From Acidobacteriota bacterium (lineage in GTDB: Bacteria > Acidobacteriota > Vicinamibacteria > Vicinamibacterales > UBA2999), in assembly GCA_016190945.1 (NCBI GenBank), contig JACPPO010000088.1, positions 1 through 56,419 of the forward strand: a DNA stretch of 56,419 nt, written 5' to 3'. Of this stretch, positions 1 to 9,002 are shown one piece after another. The notes beneath the pieces are model-generated. The model did not search any database. It worked only from the letters and a program-made list of their open reading frames with translations, and was not told the origin of the DNA. The position numbers were made by a program, and so were the translations under genes. Positions within the stretch are counted from its first letter, which is position 1. Each line of letters opens with the position of its first letter.

Positions 1-987
1 ATAGAGCACTGGCCCTGCCCGCTCTGGACCCGGCATCACGTCGTCTACGTCGAACGCCTCGCCGGTGACCTCGATACCGCTGCTGAGGAGCGCACCCCGC
101 AGGACGCTGGCAAACCAGAACGTCGGGTTACCAGCCGACACCGATAACTGCGCCGGCGGTGCGCCCGCGGGTATGGATCCCGCGATTGTCAGGAACGGTT
201 CGCCAGGTCGCTGTTCCGGCCAAATCAGCAGCGGTGATCCCGGAGCGCCCGTGACCGTGCTGTTAATCAGCGGCCGATATGACGCGTATGGATCGACACT
301 GAGCCTCGTTGGAGCGTCCGCGTCCGAACCGGGCGTGATCGTCACCACCATGCGGTTCTCCGCCACATTGAGCGCGCCGAACAGCACGCCGGTCGGATAC
401 CCGAGATCGTCCCACGCCCATGCGAGCTGCGGCCGCGGATCCTCCAACGCGTCGTCGTCGCCAATCACCCGGCCATCGACGCGGCGCAAGCCAAGGTCTT
501 TCAGTGTGTCGACCCAGACAGACAACTCCTCCCCCCCGCGTCCGCCAATGGACGGATCGCCCGATCCGACGATGAGCAGGTCGCCTTGGAGTGTGCCGTC
601 CACGAGAGGCGCCGTGGCACGGACGGTTGTTTCGAACCTGAAGTTCCACCCGACCGCATCAACGGCCGTTGACAGGCTGACGAGCTTTGCCGCCGACGCG
701 GGGACGAGCAGCGTACGCGGATTCAGCTCGAAAATCCGCTCGTTGCGATCGAGCGAGTGCACGACGATGCCCCAGGCGGCGCGTTGAACGCCCATCGACG
801 CCGTGGCGGCCGCGATGTCCTGTTTGAGCTGCTGGAGGGGATCGAGGCGGGGGAGTGAGAGGGTGGCGGGGGCCTTGGCACAGCCGACTAGGTCAAAAGT
901 CAAAAGGCAAAAGGTAAATCGAATACATAGGCGCCGCGACCAGGCTGGACTTGACCTCTGCCCTTTGCCCTTTGACCTACACGTCAT
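1..987 (-). CDS. dacB: D-alanyl-D-alanine carboxypeptidase/endopeptidase, PBP4 (peptidase S13) family; C-terminus lies beyond the window
   Basis: Absent from the ORF track because there is no stop in the window. My translation of the minus strand in the frame ending at nt 1 is open for all 329 codons from ATG 987-985. It reads ...AAWGIVVHSLDRNERIFELNPRTLLVPASAAKLVSLSTAVDAVGW...DLLIVGSGDPSIGG..., with the SxxK box and layout of PBP4. The start sits right after the upstream stop (TGAAATG). It is uncertain because an inverted repeat occupies the first ~100 nt. Confidence 0.7.
   Translation of the reverse strand, partial: MTCRSKGKGQRSSPAWSRRLCIRFTFCLLTFDLVGCAKAPATLSLPRLDPLQQLKQDIAAATASMGVQRAAWGIVVHSLDRNERIFELNPRTLLVPASAAKLVSLSTAVDAVGWNFRFETTVRATAPLVDGTLQGDLLIVGSGDPSIGGRGGEELSVWVDTLKDLGLRRVDGRVIGDDDALEDPRPQLAWAWDDLGYPTGVLFGALNVAENRMVVTITPGSDADAPTRLSVDPYASYRPLINSTVTGAPGSPLLIWPEQRPGEPFLTIAGSIPAGAPPAQLSVSAGNPTFWFASVLRGALLSSGIEVTGEAFDVDDVMPGPERAGPVLY
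889..979. repeat. Imperfect ~30-bp-arm inverted repeat built from period-7/8 words (GTCAAAA GTCAAAAG GCAAAAG / TTGACCT CTGCCCT TTGCCCT TTGACCT)
   Basis: Left arm 889-918 and right arm 951-979. Hand pairing gives about 21 of 30 positions paired around a 32-nt loop. The right arm is four exact-period heptads. Confidence 0.8.
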
Positions 988-988
988 T

Positions 989-2299
989 TCATTTCAAGCC
1001 GTCCAGCGCCTTGACCGCCTCGTCAAACGTCATGGCGTCGATTCTGGCGGTGCCCGGTTCGTCGGCGCGGCTGGCGAAGACGACGGCTCCCGAACGGCCG
1101 AACGTGACGGTCTCCGTCTTGCTATCGTCGAAACGCACGGTCACGGCGAGCGCCGGCATCTTCAGGGACGCGTGGGCCGCCGCCTCGAACGCCTGCGCCC
1201 GCACGTTGGAGAGCTTCGTCAGCAGATCCTCCACCTTGGCGGTGTCGATGTCTTGGCCTGTGGCGTTTCGCCAGGTCGCCTTGCCGTCACGGCTTTTTTC
1301 AAACGCCAGGGTCTCGTCGCCGCGGCGAGTGTCGATCCGGCTGGCGGTGAACGACCGGGCATCGAACATGTCCTTACGGCGATACTCCGGCACGTCCTTG
1401 GCGAGATCCGTGAAGAGGCTCTCCTCGACCGTGAAGACCTCTGGCCGCGCAGCGTCCTTTGCGAAACGCCCGCCCTCGTCAGCGCGTCCGATCAATAACG
1501 TCGCCTTAGAGCTCCCGCTGAGCACCGTCGCCGTCAACGCGGGTCGATCGAGGCCGTATGCCTTCAGGTCTCCAGCGTCGGATGCCACGATCTTCTGCAT
1601 CTGCGTCGAGGACAGCCGCGTCATCAGCCCTTCGGACGCCGCATAATCCGCCCGTACGGCGACAGGTTTCACGATGCGCCAGTCCGTTCCGTTTCTTGCA
1701 AACTGGAGGGTCGTCGAGCCGTCCACGACTTCGATGCCGTCTGCCTTGTCCCGCTCGAACCTGAGAACGACCTTGTCGCGCAGGTCGAACGGCGTCTTGT
1801 TGAAGATGGAATCAAGAAAGGACGAGATCAGGAACACCCTGTTCTCGTCGGGCCGCTTTGCGAACAGGTCGCCGCCGGTTGGTGTTTTCTCGCCGACGAG
1901 CAGGCTTTGAAAGTCCTTTCGATTCTTCACGCGGAACGCTACCTCGATGCGCGCCGGGTTGAGCCCGTACTGCGCCAGGTCAACGGGATTCTCGTCCACG
2001 ACGCGCTGGACCTCGAGCGACGCGAGGTTGCTGGTGATCGCACCGACCACTCCGGCGTCCGCATCCGCCGCGTTGGGCTCGACGAGGCGCCAGGTCTCGC
2101 CGACGCGCCGCACGCGCGAGGTTTCGCGGCTACCGTCGCGGATCTCTATCTCCTCGATGGTGTCGGCCGACAGTTCGACGAACGTCTTCGGTTTGGCGCC
2201 GGCCGCCACGGGATCTCTGCTCGCGTCGACGAAGTAGATATAGGCGACCAGACCGCCAAGCACGACCAGCAGGAGAACGGTCGACCTGAGCCCGTGCAT
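989..2299 (-). CDS. DUF4340 domain protein (accessory component of a GldG-type ABC system)
   Basis: Track ORF 989..2317. One N-terminal TM helix (LLLVVLGGLVAYIYF) followed by repeated beta-rich modules typical of DUF4340, directly downstream of a GldG-like gene. I prefer ATG 2299, which is preceded by GGAGGCGGAG, over the GTG at 2317. Confidence 0.65.
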   Translation of the reverse strand: MHGLRSTVLLLVVLGGLVAYIYFVDASRDPVAAGAKPKTFVELSADTIEEIEIRDGSRETSRVRRVGETWRLVEPNAADADAGVVGAITSNLASLEVQRVVDENPVDLAQYGLNPARIEVAFRVKNRKDFQSLLVGEKTPTGGDLFAKRPDENRVFLISSFLDSIFNKTPFDLRDKVVLRFERDKADGIEVVDGSTTLQFARNGTDWRIVKPVAVRADYAASEGLMTRLSSTQMQKIVASDAGDLKAYGLDRPALTATVLSGSSKATLLIGRADEGGRFAKDAARPEVFTVEESLFTDLAKDVPEYRRKDMFDARSFTASRIDTRRGDETLAFEKSRDGKATWRNATGQDIDTAKVEDLLTKLSNVRAQAFEAAAHASLKMPALAVTVRFDDSKTETVTFGRSGAVVFASRADEPGTARIDAMTFDEAVKALDGLK

Positions 2300-2301
2300 C
2301 G

Positions 2302-3894
2302 CTATCTCCGCCTCCACCAGGTAAAGATGCCCGCGGCGAAGACCAGTGCGGGCAGCACCAGCATGGATGTCAGCATGGCGAGGGTCTGTTGACGCGGCGT
2401 CATGGTAACCCTGCGGTCCTCCGCCGCGGTCGGACGAATGGCGATCAGGTTCTCCTGCTGCGCGAGCCAGCTGATGGCGTTGGCGAAGAGGTTGGCATTG
2501 CCGGGGACGCCGGCGTACGCGTTGGTGGCGAAATCCGAATCGCCGAACACGACGACCCTGGTTTCCGGCTTTGGAGCGTCGCTTGCCGCTGATGCGCCCT
2601 CGCTTCCGGCCAAGGCCTCCGCAGGGGCCGATACCGCGGCCCCAAGTGAGATGGGGCCGGGCTCGTCGCCGCTGGCTTCGTCCATCGCGACGCCGGTGTT
2701 GCTCGTCAGCGAGGCGAGGTTGGACTCAGCCCAGCTTTGCCGGCTCGTTTCGACAATCGATTGAGCGACGCGTCCGTTGGTGCCGCCGGATACCGCTTCG
2801 ACCGCGCGCGCGAGCGGGTAGATCGTGAGCGTCGCAAAGCGTTCCGTGATGGCGTGCGGCGGATAAATCGCCGCCACCGCGATGCTCGGCTCGTTGGTCG
2901 CGCCGCTCACATCGACGACGACGTTGTGGCCGGGATCGATGCCCCACTCCCTGATGATGGCCTCGAGGTTGGGAAGCCGCGCCGCCTGCGTGCCGACGGG
3001 TGGGTCGAGGAGGATCATCAGCTTTCCCGCCCGCCCCAGGTAGCGCCTCAGCGCGTCGGCTTCGGCTGGCAGAACGTCGGTCGTCGGGCCGGCGATCACC
3101 ACGACGGTGGCATCAGCCGGAACATCTTTCTGCTGGGCGAGCACGAGCCGCTCGACGGTGTAATTGTCCCGTCGCAGTGAACCGCTGATGGCGGTGTAGC
3201 CGTCGCGCTCGGTGCGGCTGAACTCCTTTTCACCGTGACCCTCGAGGAAGTACACCTTGCGCTCCATTGTAGACATCGCCTTGATCAGCGCATTAGTCAG
3301 ATCCTGTTCGGTGTCAGTGGTGACGCGTTGGCGGCGCCCCATGTAGTCCACGACGACAGTGCCGTAGGCCTGAACGTCGTATTCGCGCGCCACGACGGGC
3401 CTCATGTCGGGGTCGATATACTCGACGGAGACCTGACGCGAGTTGTAGGCGTACCCGTCGAGGCGGCCGCGAAACCGATCGAACTCGGTCTGCCGGTCGA
3501 ACACCGTGAACTTCACCGGCGCCTCGAGGCTTTGCAGCACCTTGACGGTCTGCTCCGACAGGCTGTGCTGCCTGCTGGCTGTCAGGTCCCAGCGCTTGTT
3601 CTGTCTTGCGCCGAGGTAGTTGACGGCCACGACGATCGCCAGCGCGACGAGCACGCCGACAGTGGCGATAGCACCGTAGCGCGCCTGGCGGCGCCGGAAG
3701 TATCCAACAATCTCCCGCCACTGGCCGAGCGTGTAAAGGACCACCAGGCCAAGGCCGGCCCACGCGCTCCACGTGGCGTACTGATCCCATTCCGGCCTGG
3801 TGAAGCGAATGGCCACGGCGCCAAAGACGAGCGCCGTTCCGACCCACCCGAGGATGCTGAGGATGCGATGCAGCATGGCTCCTATCCGCGCCAA
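2302..3894 (-). CDS. gldG: GldG-like ABC-transporter auxiliary protein (ABC-type uncharacterized transport system)
   Basis: 530-aa ORF with N- and C-terminal TM anchors around a large soluble domain (…VVFGDSDFATNAY… motif region), in the operon position after the ABC-2 permease. Confidence 0.65.
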   Translation of the reverse strand: MARIGAMLHRILSILGWVGTALVFGAVAIRFTRPEWDQYATWSAWAGLGLVVLYTLGQWREIVGYFRRRQARYGAIATVGVLVALAIVVAVNYLGARQNKRWDLTASRQHSLSEQTVKVLQSLEAPVKFTVFDRQTEFDRFRGRLDGYAYNSRQVSVEYIDPDMRPVVAREYDVQAYGTVVVDYMGRRQRVTTDTEQDLTNALIKAMSTMERKVYFLEGHGEKEFSRTERDGYTAISGSLRRDNYTVERLVLAQQKDVPADATVVVIAGPTTDVLPAEADALRRYLGRAGKLMILLDPPVGTQAARLPNLEAIIREWGIDPGHNVVVDVSGATNEPSIAVAAIYPPHAITERFATLTIYPLARAVEAVSGGTNGRVAQSIVETSRQSWAESNLASLTSNTGVAMDEASGDEPGPISLGAAVSAPAEALAGSEGASAASDAPKPETRVVVFGDSDFATNAYAGVPGNANLFANAISWLAQQENLIAIRPTAAEDRRVTMTPRQQTLAMLTSMLVLPALVFAAGIFTWWRRR

Positions 3895-4652
3895 CGTTCG
3901 CTGTCCACCGCTCGCACGGTCAGGAACAGGCTGAACGCGATGAAGGACACGTAGTACACAAGATGCTTCGTGTCGATCACGCCCCTGGCGAAATCATTCA
4001 GGTGCTCCGTGATCGACAGGTAGTTCAAGACGTTCTGCATCGTCGGGCCGGTGAACGTCGCGATCCAGTTGATGACCCAGAACAGCAGGAAGACCGCGAA
4101 CGTCACCATCCCCGCCACGATTTGATTTCGCGTGAGACTCGACACAAAGAGGCCGAGCGACAGGAAGCAGCCGCCCATGAGCAGCAGCCCCAGGTACCCC
4201 GTGGCGACCGGCCGCCATTCGGGATTGCCGAACGCGAACAGGAAGCCGATGTGAACGACCGTGACGGCCAGCATCGCGGCATACAACACCAGGCCGCCCA
4301 GAAACTTGCCCGTCACGATCTGGAGATCGGTCAGCGGAGATGTCAGAAGAAGTTCGATCGTGCCCGAGCGCTTCTCCTCGGCGTAGGTCCGCATGGTGAT
4401 GAGCGGGAGCGTGAACAGCAGAATGACGCTGACGTTCAAGAACAAGGGGGAGATCAGCATTTCGTTGACGTTCACCGACTGGGGGCCGCCGAAGCCCGCC
4501 CCCGCCTGCATCGACGCCCGGTCGAAGAAATACAGCAGGTTGATGAAGAACCAGCCGAAGAGAATCGCCGAAAACCCGATCACGACGTACGCAACCGGCG
4601 AAGCGAAGTAGCCCTTCAGCTCCTTATGCGCAATCGCCAGGACGTTATTCAT
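3882..4652 (-). CDS. ABC-2 type transporter permease (GldF-like)
   Basis: Polytopic membrane protein starting MNNVLAIAHKELKGYFASPVAYVV.... Start re-set to ATG 4652, giving an ATGAATAA overlap with the upstream ATPase stop. The track start at 4742 adds an Arg-rich non-native extension. Confidence 0.75.
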   Translation of the reverse strand: MNNVLAIAHKELKGYFASPVAYVVIGFSAILFGWFFINLLYFFDRASMQAGAGFGGPQSVNVNEMLISPLFLNVSVILLFTLPLITMRTYAEEKRSGTIELLLTSPLTDLQIVTGKFLGGLVLYAAMLAVTVVHIGFLFAFGNPEWRPVATGYLGLLLMGGCFLSLGLFVSSLTRNQIVAGMVTFAVFLLFWVINWIATFTGPTMQNVLNYLSITEHLNDFARGVIDTKHLVYYVSFIAFSLFLTVRAVDSERWRG

Positions 4653-5637
4653 GTACCGCCTCCTCTGGAGGTGCCGACGGACTGTCCGGTGCGCCCTCTG
4701 CGGCCGTGTCCTCGGTCGTGAGGTGCAGGAAGATTTCCTCAAGGCTCATCCGCAGCGGGCGAAGTTCGAGCAGGCCCCAGCCGTGTCTGACAATCGCGGC
4801 GGCAAGCTCGCGCCGGATGTCGCGCCCGGTCTCGCTATTGACCTCGAAGCCGACCAGGCTGCCGCGAGCGTCCGCCGGGGCCACCCGGGTGACGCCCGGG
4901 ATCGCTTCGAGCGCCTCCTTGACCTCCGCTCCAGGCGCGTCGACCTGCACGTACAGGGTTTCCGACCCGCTCAGCCGCGAGGTCAGATTCTCAGGCGTGT
5001 CGACGGCCACCACCCGCCCTTTGTTGATAATGACGACGCGCTGGCAGGTCTGGCCGACTTCCGGAAGGATGTGCGTGCTGAGAATGATCGTGTGATCGCC
5101 GCCGAGATCCTTGATCAGCTGCCGCGTTTCGATGATCTGTTTCGGGTCAAGTCCGGCCGTCGGCTCGTCGAGAATAAGGACCTCGGGATTGTGCAGCAGC
5201 GCCTGCGCGAGCCCGACCCGCTGCCGGTAGCCCTTGGAGAGCTTTCCACAATGCCGGTTGGCCACGTCCGCCACCCTCGTGCGCTCCATGACGCTGCCGA
5301 CGCGCGCTTTTCGCTCCGTGCGCGGCACGCCTTTGATCCGCGCGACGAAGGCCAGATAGTCGCGGACCGTCATTTCAGGATAGAGCGGCGGCGCTTCCGG
5401 GAGGTAACCGGTGCGCCGCTTCGCCTCGAGAGGCTGATCGAAGACGTCGTACCCCGCCACGATCGCCTTGCCCTCCGAGGGTGGCATGTAGCCGGTGAGC
5501 ACGCGCATCGTCGTGGTCTTGCCCGCGCCGTTCGGCCCGAGCAAGCCGAGGACCTCCCCTCGCTCCACCCGGAAGCTCACATCATCGACGGCCGTCGTCG
5601 GCCCGTAACGCTTGGTGAGGTGCTGAACCTCGATCAC
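4645..5637 (-). CDS. ABC transporter ATP-binding protein (GldA-like)
   Basis: Walker A GPNGAGKTT, signature LSKGYRQRV, Walker B LILDEPTAGLD, H-loop STHIL. Confidence 0.9.
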   Translation of the reverse strand: MIEVQHLTKRYGPTTAVDDVSFRVERGEVLGLLGPNGAGKTTTMRVLTGYMPPSEGKAIVAGYDVFDQPLEAKRRTGYLPEAPPLYPEMTVRDYLAFVARIKGVPRTERKARVGSVMERTRVADVANRHCGKLSKGYRQRVGLAQALLHNPEVLILDEPTAGLDPKQIIETRQLIKDLGGDHTIILSTHILPEVGQTCQRVVIINKGRVVAVDTPENLTSRLSGSETLYVQVDAPGAEVKEALEAIPGVTRVAPADARGSLVGFEVNSETGRDIRRELAAAIVRHGWGLLELRPLRMSLEEIFLHLTTEDTAAEGAPDSPSAPPEEAVHE

Positions 5638-5754
5638 ACCCTCGCCCCTCCTCGTAACTACTAGACCGACAGGTGTTTAGGTGCCGTCCAACCCCTAATC
5701 TTAGCCGATGCTCGGGCGAGCCGGCAACAGTCGGTCCCTGTTAGGCTGAGATCT

Positions 5755-7893
5755 GTGGCCGCCACCGAGACGCTCACCTGCGCAACGTGCGAGTTGCACG
5801 CGGAGGCCGTGTTCCGGGTTGAGGGGATGGACTGCACCGAGGAGGTGGTCATCCTCGAACGCCGGCTCAAGCCGCTCGCGGGGCTCGAGGCGGTGTCGGC
5901 CGACCTCATTGGACAGCGGCTGCACGTCAAGTATGACGCCGCGAAGTTAACCACCGCCGCGATCGTCGATGCGGCGGGCCAGACCGGCATGCGGATGTGG
6001 CTGGAGCATGAGGAGCCGGCAATCGGTGGTACCGACATCGCGTGGCGCTGGCGCCTCATAGTGGGTTGCGCTGCGGCCATGGGCGCCGGTCTCGTGTCAT
6101 CGGCGGCGGGCCGGGCTCCTGAGGCTGCCGCGTGCTTCATCGCCGCCTCTGTCGCGGGCGGCATCTTCCCGGCGCGGCGCGCGGTGGCCGCCATCCGCTC
6201 GCGCACGCTCGACATCAATACCCTGATGGTCGTCGCGGTCGCAGGCGCCCTGGTCCTCGGCGAATGGCTCGAGGCGGCCGGTGTCGTGCTTCTGTTCGCG
6301 GTGGCACAGTGGCTTGAAATACGCACGATGGAGCGCGCCCGCCAGGCGATCCGCGCGCTGCTCGATCTGTCGCCGCGCGAGGCGCTCGTCAGAGGCGGCG
6401 GTCTCGAACGCCGTGTGCCGGTGGATGAAATCCGTATCGGCGACGAGATTCTGGTGCGCCCGGGCGACAAGGTGCCGCTCGACGGGAGAGTCGTCTCCGG
6501 CCACGGCGACGTGAACGAGTCCCCGCTGACCGGCGAGTCATTGCCCGCGGACAAGGCGCCCGGCGACGAGGTGTTTGCGGGGACGATCAACGGCCGCGGG
6601 GCGCTCGACGTGCGGGTGACGCGGCTCGCGCGGGATACCCGCCTGGCCCGAATCACTCATCTCGTGGAAACCGCTCGGGCCAACCGCGCGCCGGTGCAGT
6701 CCTTCGTCGATCGCTTCGCGCGCATCTACACGCCGGCGGTGCTCGTTCTTGCCGTCGGCGTGGCGGTGATTCCTTCGCTCGCCGGCGCCGTCGACCCGGC
6801 CGCCTGGTTCTATCGCGCGTTGGTCCTTCTCGTGATCTCCTGCCCGTGCGCGCTCGTCATTTCGACGCCCGTCTCGATTGTGTCGGCGCTGTCGGCGGCG
6901 GCGCGCAACGGCGTGCTCGTCAAGGGCGGGGCGTATCTCGAGCGGCTCGCCGCCGTGCGCGTGGTTGCCTTCGACAAGACCGGCACGTTGACAAAGGGGG
7001 AGCTGCGCGTCACCGACGTCTTCCCTCTAGGCGCGACACGTGCCGATGAGTTGCTGCGATATGCCGCCGCGGTCGAGTCATGTTCCGAGCATCCCCTGGC
7101 CAGAGCGATCGTTGCTTACGCCCGCGACACAGGAATCACCGTATCGCCCGTAACGCGCTTTGCGTCGGTGCCTGGCATGGGCGCCGAGGGCGATGTCGCC
7201 ACCGCCCGCGTGGTCATCGGCAACGAACGCCTCCTTCAGGCGCGCGCGATCGACCTGCCGGCGGACGTTGCGGACATCACGCGCGCGAGGGACCACGGCA
7301 AGTCCGTCGTGCTCGTGGCGGTGAACGGCGTCCTCGCGGGCGGCGTGGCTCTCGCCGATCGGCCGCGCGACACGGCGCGCGAGGCCATCGGGCTGCTGCG
7401 CGAGCAGGGCATGCGATGGGTAGTGATGCTGACAGGGGACCACGAGCGCACCGCGGCGCGGGTGGCCGCGGAGCTGGACCTGGACGAACATCATCCGCAG
7501 CTCCTTCCCGAGCAGAAGCACACGCTCGTCGGTGCCTTGCGCCGCCGGCATGGCGCGGTCCTCATGGTGGGCGACGGCATCAACGACGCGCCGGCGCTCG
7601 CCGCGGCCGACGTCGGCATCGCGATGGGTGCCGCCGGGTCGGATGCCGCGCTCGAGACCGCCGACGTCGCGCTGATGTCCGATGAGTTGCTCAGGCTGCC
7701 GTACGCGGTTCGGCTCGCACGCGCCACCCTGCGCAATGTCAGGATGAACGTCGCCATCTCGCTGGCACTGAAAGCGGCCTTTCTCGTGATGGCCGTCACC
7801 GGGACCGCGACGCTCTGGATGGCGGTGTTGGCCGATACCGGCGCGTCGGTGATTGTGGTGGGGAACGCGCTGAGGCTGCTGCGAGCGCGGTAA
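5755..7893 (+). CDS. Heavy-metal translocating P1B-type ATPase (Zn/Cd/Co-like)
   Basis: N-terminal CATC plus an HMA-like GMDCTEE domain, TM CPC motif (SCPCALVIS), phosphorylation site DKTGTLT and hinge GDGINDAPAL. GTG start. Confidence 0.9.
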   Translation: MAATETLTCATCELHAEAVFRVEGMDCTEEVVILERRLKPLAGLEAVSADLIGQRLHVKYDAAKLTTAAIVDAAGQTGMRMWLEHEEPAIGGTDIAWRWRLIVGCAAAMGAGLVSSAAGRAPEAAACFIAASVAGGIFPARRAVAAIRSRTLDINTLMVVAVAGALVLGEWLEAAGVVLLFAVAQWLEIRTMERARQAIRALLDLSPREALVRGGGLERRVPVDEIRIGDEILVRPGDKVPLDGRVVSGHGDVNESPLTGESLPADKAPGDEVFAGTINGRGALDVRVTRLARDTRLARITHLVETARANRAPVQSFVDRFARIYTPAVLVLAVGVAVIPSLAGAVDPAAWFYRALVLLVISCPCALVISTPVSIVSALSAAARNGVLVKGGAYLERLAAVRVVAFDKTGTLTKGELRVTDVFPLGATRADELLRYAAAVESCSEHPLARAIVAYARDTGITVSPVTRFASVPGMGAEGDVATARVVIGNERLLQARAIDLPADVADITRARDHGKSVVLVAVNGVLAGGVALADRPRDTAREAIGLLREQGMRWVVMLTGDHERTAARVAAELDLDEHHPQLLPEQKHTLVGALRRRHGAVLMVGDGINDAPALAAADVGIAMGAAGSDAALETADVALMSDELLRLPYAVRLARATLRNVRMNVAISLALKAAFLVMAVTGTATLWMAVLADTGASVIVVGNALRLLRAR

Positions 7894-7897
7894 GCGC

Positions 7898-8620
7898 CTA
7901 CGCCTTGCGATTCGAGAAGAAGTGCGACCGCACGAAATCGTCGATCCCCGCCTGGTCGACAGGTTCAAGCCTGGTGAACTGCAACCCCATGCCGACACGG
8001 CGATCCGTCCAGGCGACAGAGGCCTCGGCGTCGATATCCTTCGTGGCGCCGGGAAGCCGGAACCGGACCTTTACCGTGGTGCCCCGATCGAGCGGGTTCG
8101 TGGTCCGTATGGCAAGCCCTCCGTGACTGATATTCAGGCTCAGCGCCGCCGCGATCGTGTTGTCGAGCCGGTACGCCACCGGAATGCCCAGCGCGACCCG
8201 CGGACTCGACCGCCGATTCTTGCGATCCGGAAACAGGTGTGGCGCGAGCGCCGGAGCGATATGCTGGACCGCGCTGTACTCGTTGATATATCCGGCCACG
8301 CCGAGCGCCGAAAGCTCGCGGACTTCATCCGCGTTCGCGATCGTGCCGCTGAAGACGACGATCGGCGCCTCGAATCCGTCGATGCCGCGGAGGGCGCGTA
8401 CCAGCGCGACGCCCTGTGCCTGCGGCAGGCGCAAGTCGAGCACGACGAGATCGATCCGGACACCGCCGCTGCGGATCTGCGACAGGAGCTCCGCGGCGCT
8501 CCCGACCGTGCTGGCCCGATGGCCGGCCGACTGAAGCGCCGCCTTGAACCGGTCGCGTACGAATGCCGTATCATCGGCGACGATCACGGTCTTGGCGGCA
8601 GCGGCCGCCGTGGCGGGCAT
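7898..8620 (-). CDS. Response-regulator receiver domain fused to a PilZ (c-di-GMP binding) domain
   Basis: The C-terminal 240 aa of the artefactual 648-aa track ORF. REC features are VIVADD...DLVVLDLRLP. PilZ motifs RSSPR (RxxxR) and NISHGG (D/NxSxxG) are present. Start set at ATG 8620 (MPATAAAAAKTVIV). Confidence 0.8.
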   Translation of the reverse strand: MPATAAAAAKTVIVADDTAFVRDRFKAALQSAGHRASTVGSAAELLSQIRSGGVRIDLVVLDLRLPQAQGVALVRALRGIDGFEAPIVVFSGTIANADEVRELSALGVAGYINEYSAVQHIAPALAPHLFPDRKNRRSSPRVALGIPVAYRLDNTIAAALSLNISHGGLAIRTTNPLDRGTTVKVRFRLPGATKDIDAEASVAWTDRRVGMGLQFTRLEPVDQAGIDDFVRSHFFSNRKA

Positions 8621-8662
8621 GACAAGTGTATCGGAAGAGTGGTTGTAGACCCGTAGAGCGCG

Positions 8663-8692
8663 TTGCGGAGATCGCCGGAATCTCGCTATAAT
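8663..8692 (+). promoter_or_regulatory. Sigma70-like promoter candidate TTGCGG-18-TATAAT
   Basis: Read directly: TTGCGG at 8663-8668 and TATAAT at 8687-8692, about 90 nt upstream of the zinc-ribbon gene. Confidence 0.45.
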
Positions 8693-8780
8693 CCGACCGT
8701 TGCGGGGAAGTGCTGGATCCACTTGAGGATGCGGTAACTCCCCGGACCCTAGAGCGGCCGAACCGCTGCGTGGAGCCCGT

Positions 8781-9002
8781 ATGGCAACCTGCCCCGAGTG
8801 CGATTTCGACGAGATTGACACGGCCGACCACGAGGAGGGCGATACCTTGAGTTGTCCCGAGTGCGGTAAGAACCTCGTGGTGTTGGGCGCCGGCGAACTC
8901 GACTTCGCCGACGACGATGACGATGATGTCGACGAAGACGACGTCGATGACGACGAGTTGGTCGACGACGAGGACGAAGTCGACAAAGAAGAGGACGAGT
9001 GA
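8781..9002 (+). CDS. LysW-like zinc-ribbon protein with a long poly-acidic C-terminal tail
   Basis: MATCPECDFDEID...EGDTLSCPECGKNLVVLGAGELDFA matches the LysW/ArgW carrier layout (CPxC...G[DE]xxxCPxCGxxLxV). 24 of the last 32 residues are Asp/Glu and the protein ends ...KEEDE. GGAG lies 6 nt upstream of the ATG. Confidence 0.6.
   Translation: MATCPECDFDEIDTADHEEGDTLSCPECGKNLVVLGAGELDFADDDDDDVDEDDVDDDELVDDEDEVDKEEDE

Noticed and set aside
65-787. 240-aa plus-strand ORF and other ORFs at the window start
   Set aside because: Low-complexity S/P/R/A composition. The opposite strand encodes a convincing PBP4 homologue across the same region.
5664-5736. 7-bp inverted repeat GACCGAC...GTCGGTC upstream of the metal ATPase as a possible metalloregulator operator
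   Set aside because: The arms are 59 nt apart with no extension of pairing and no adjacent MerR/ArsR gene. It is too weak to call.
5661-6656. 331-aa minus-strand ORF, and many similar long ORFs antisense to real genes (e.g. 7078..7998, 9090..10184, 24291..25178, 50104..51204, 55653..56360)
   Set aside because: They overlap genes with clear family motifs, have Arg/Ser/Pro-biased composition and lack recognisable domains. They are high-GC shadow ORFs.
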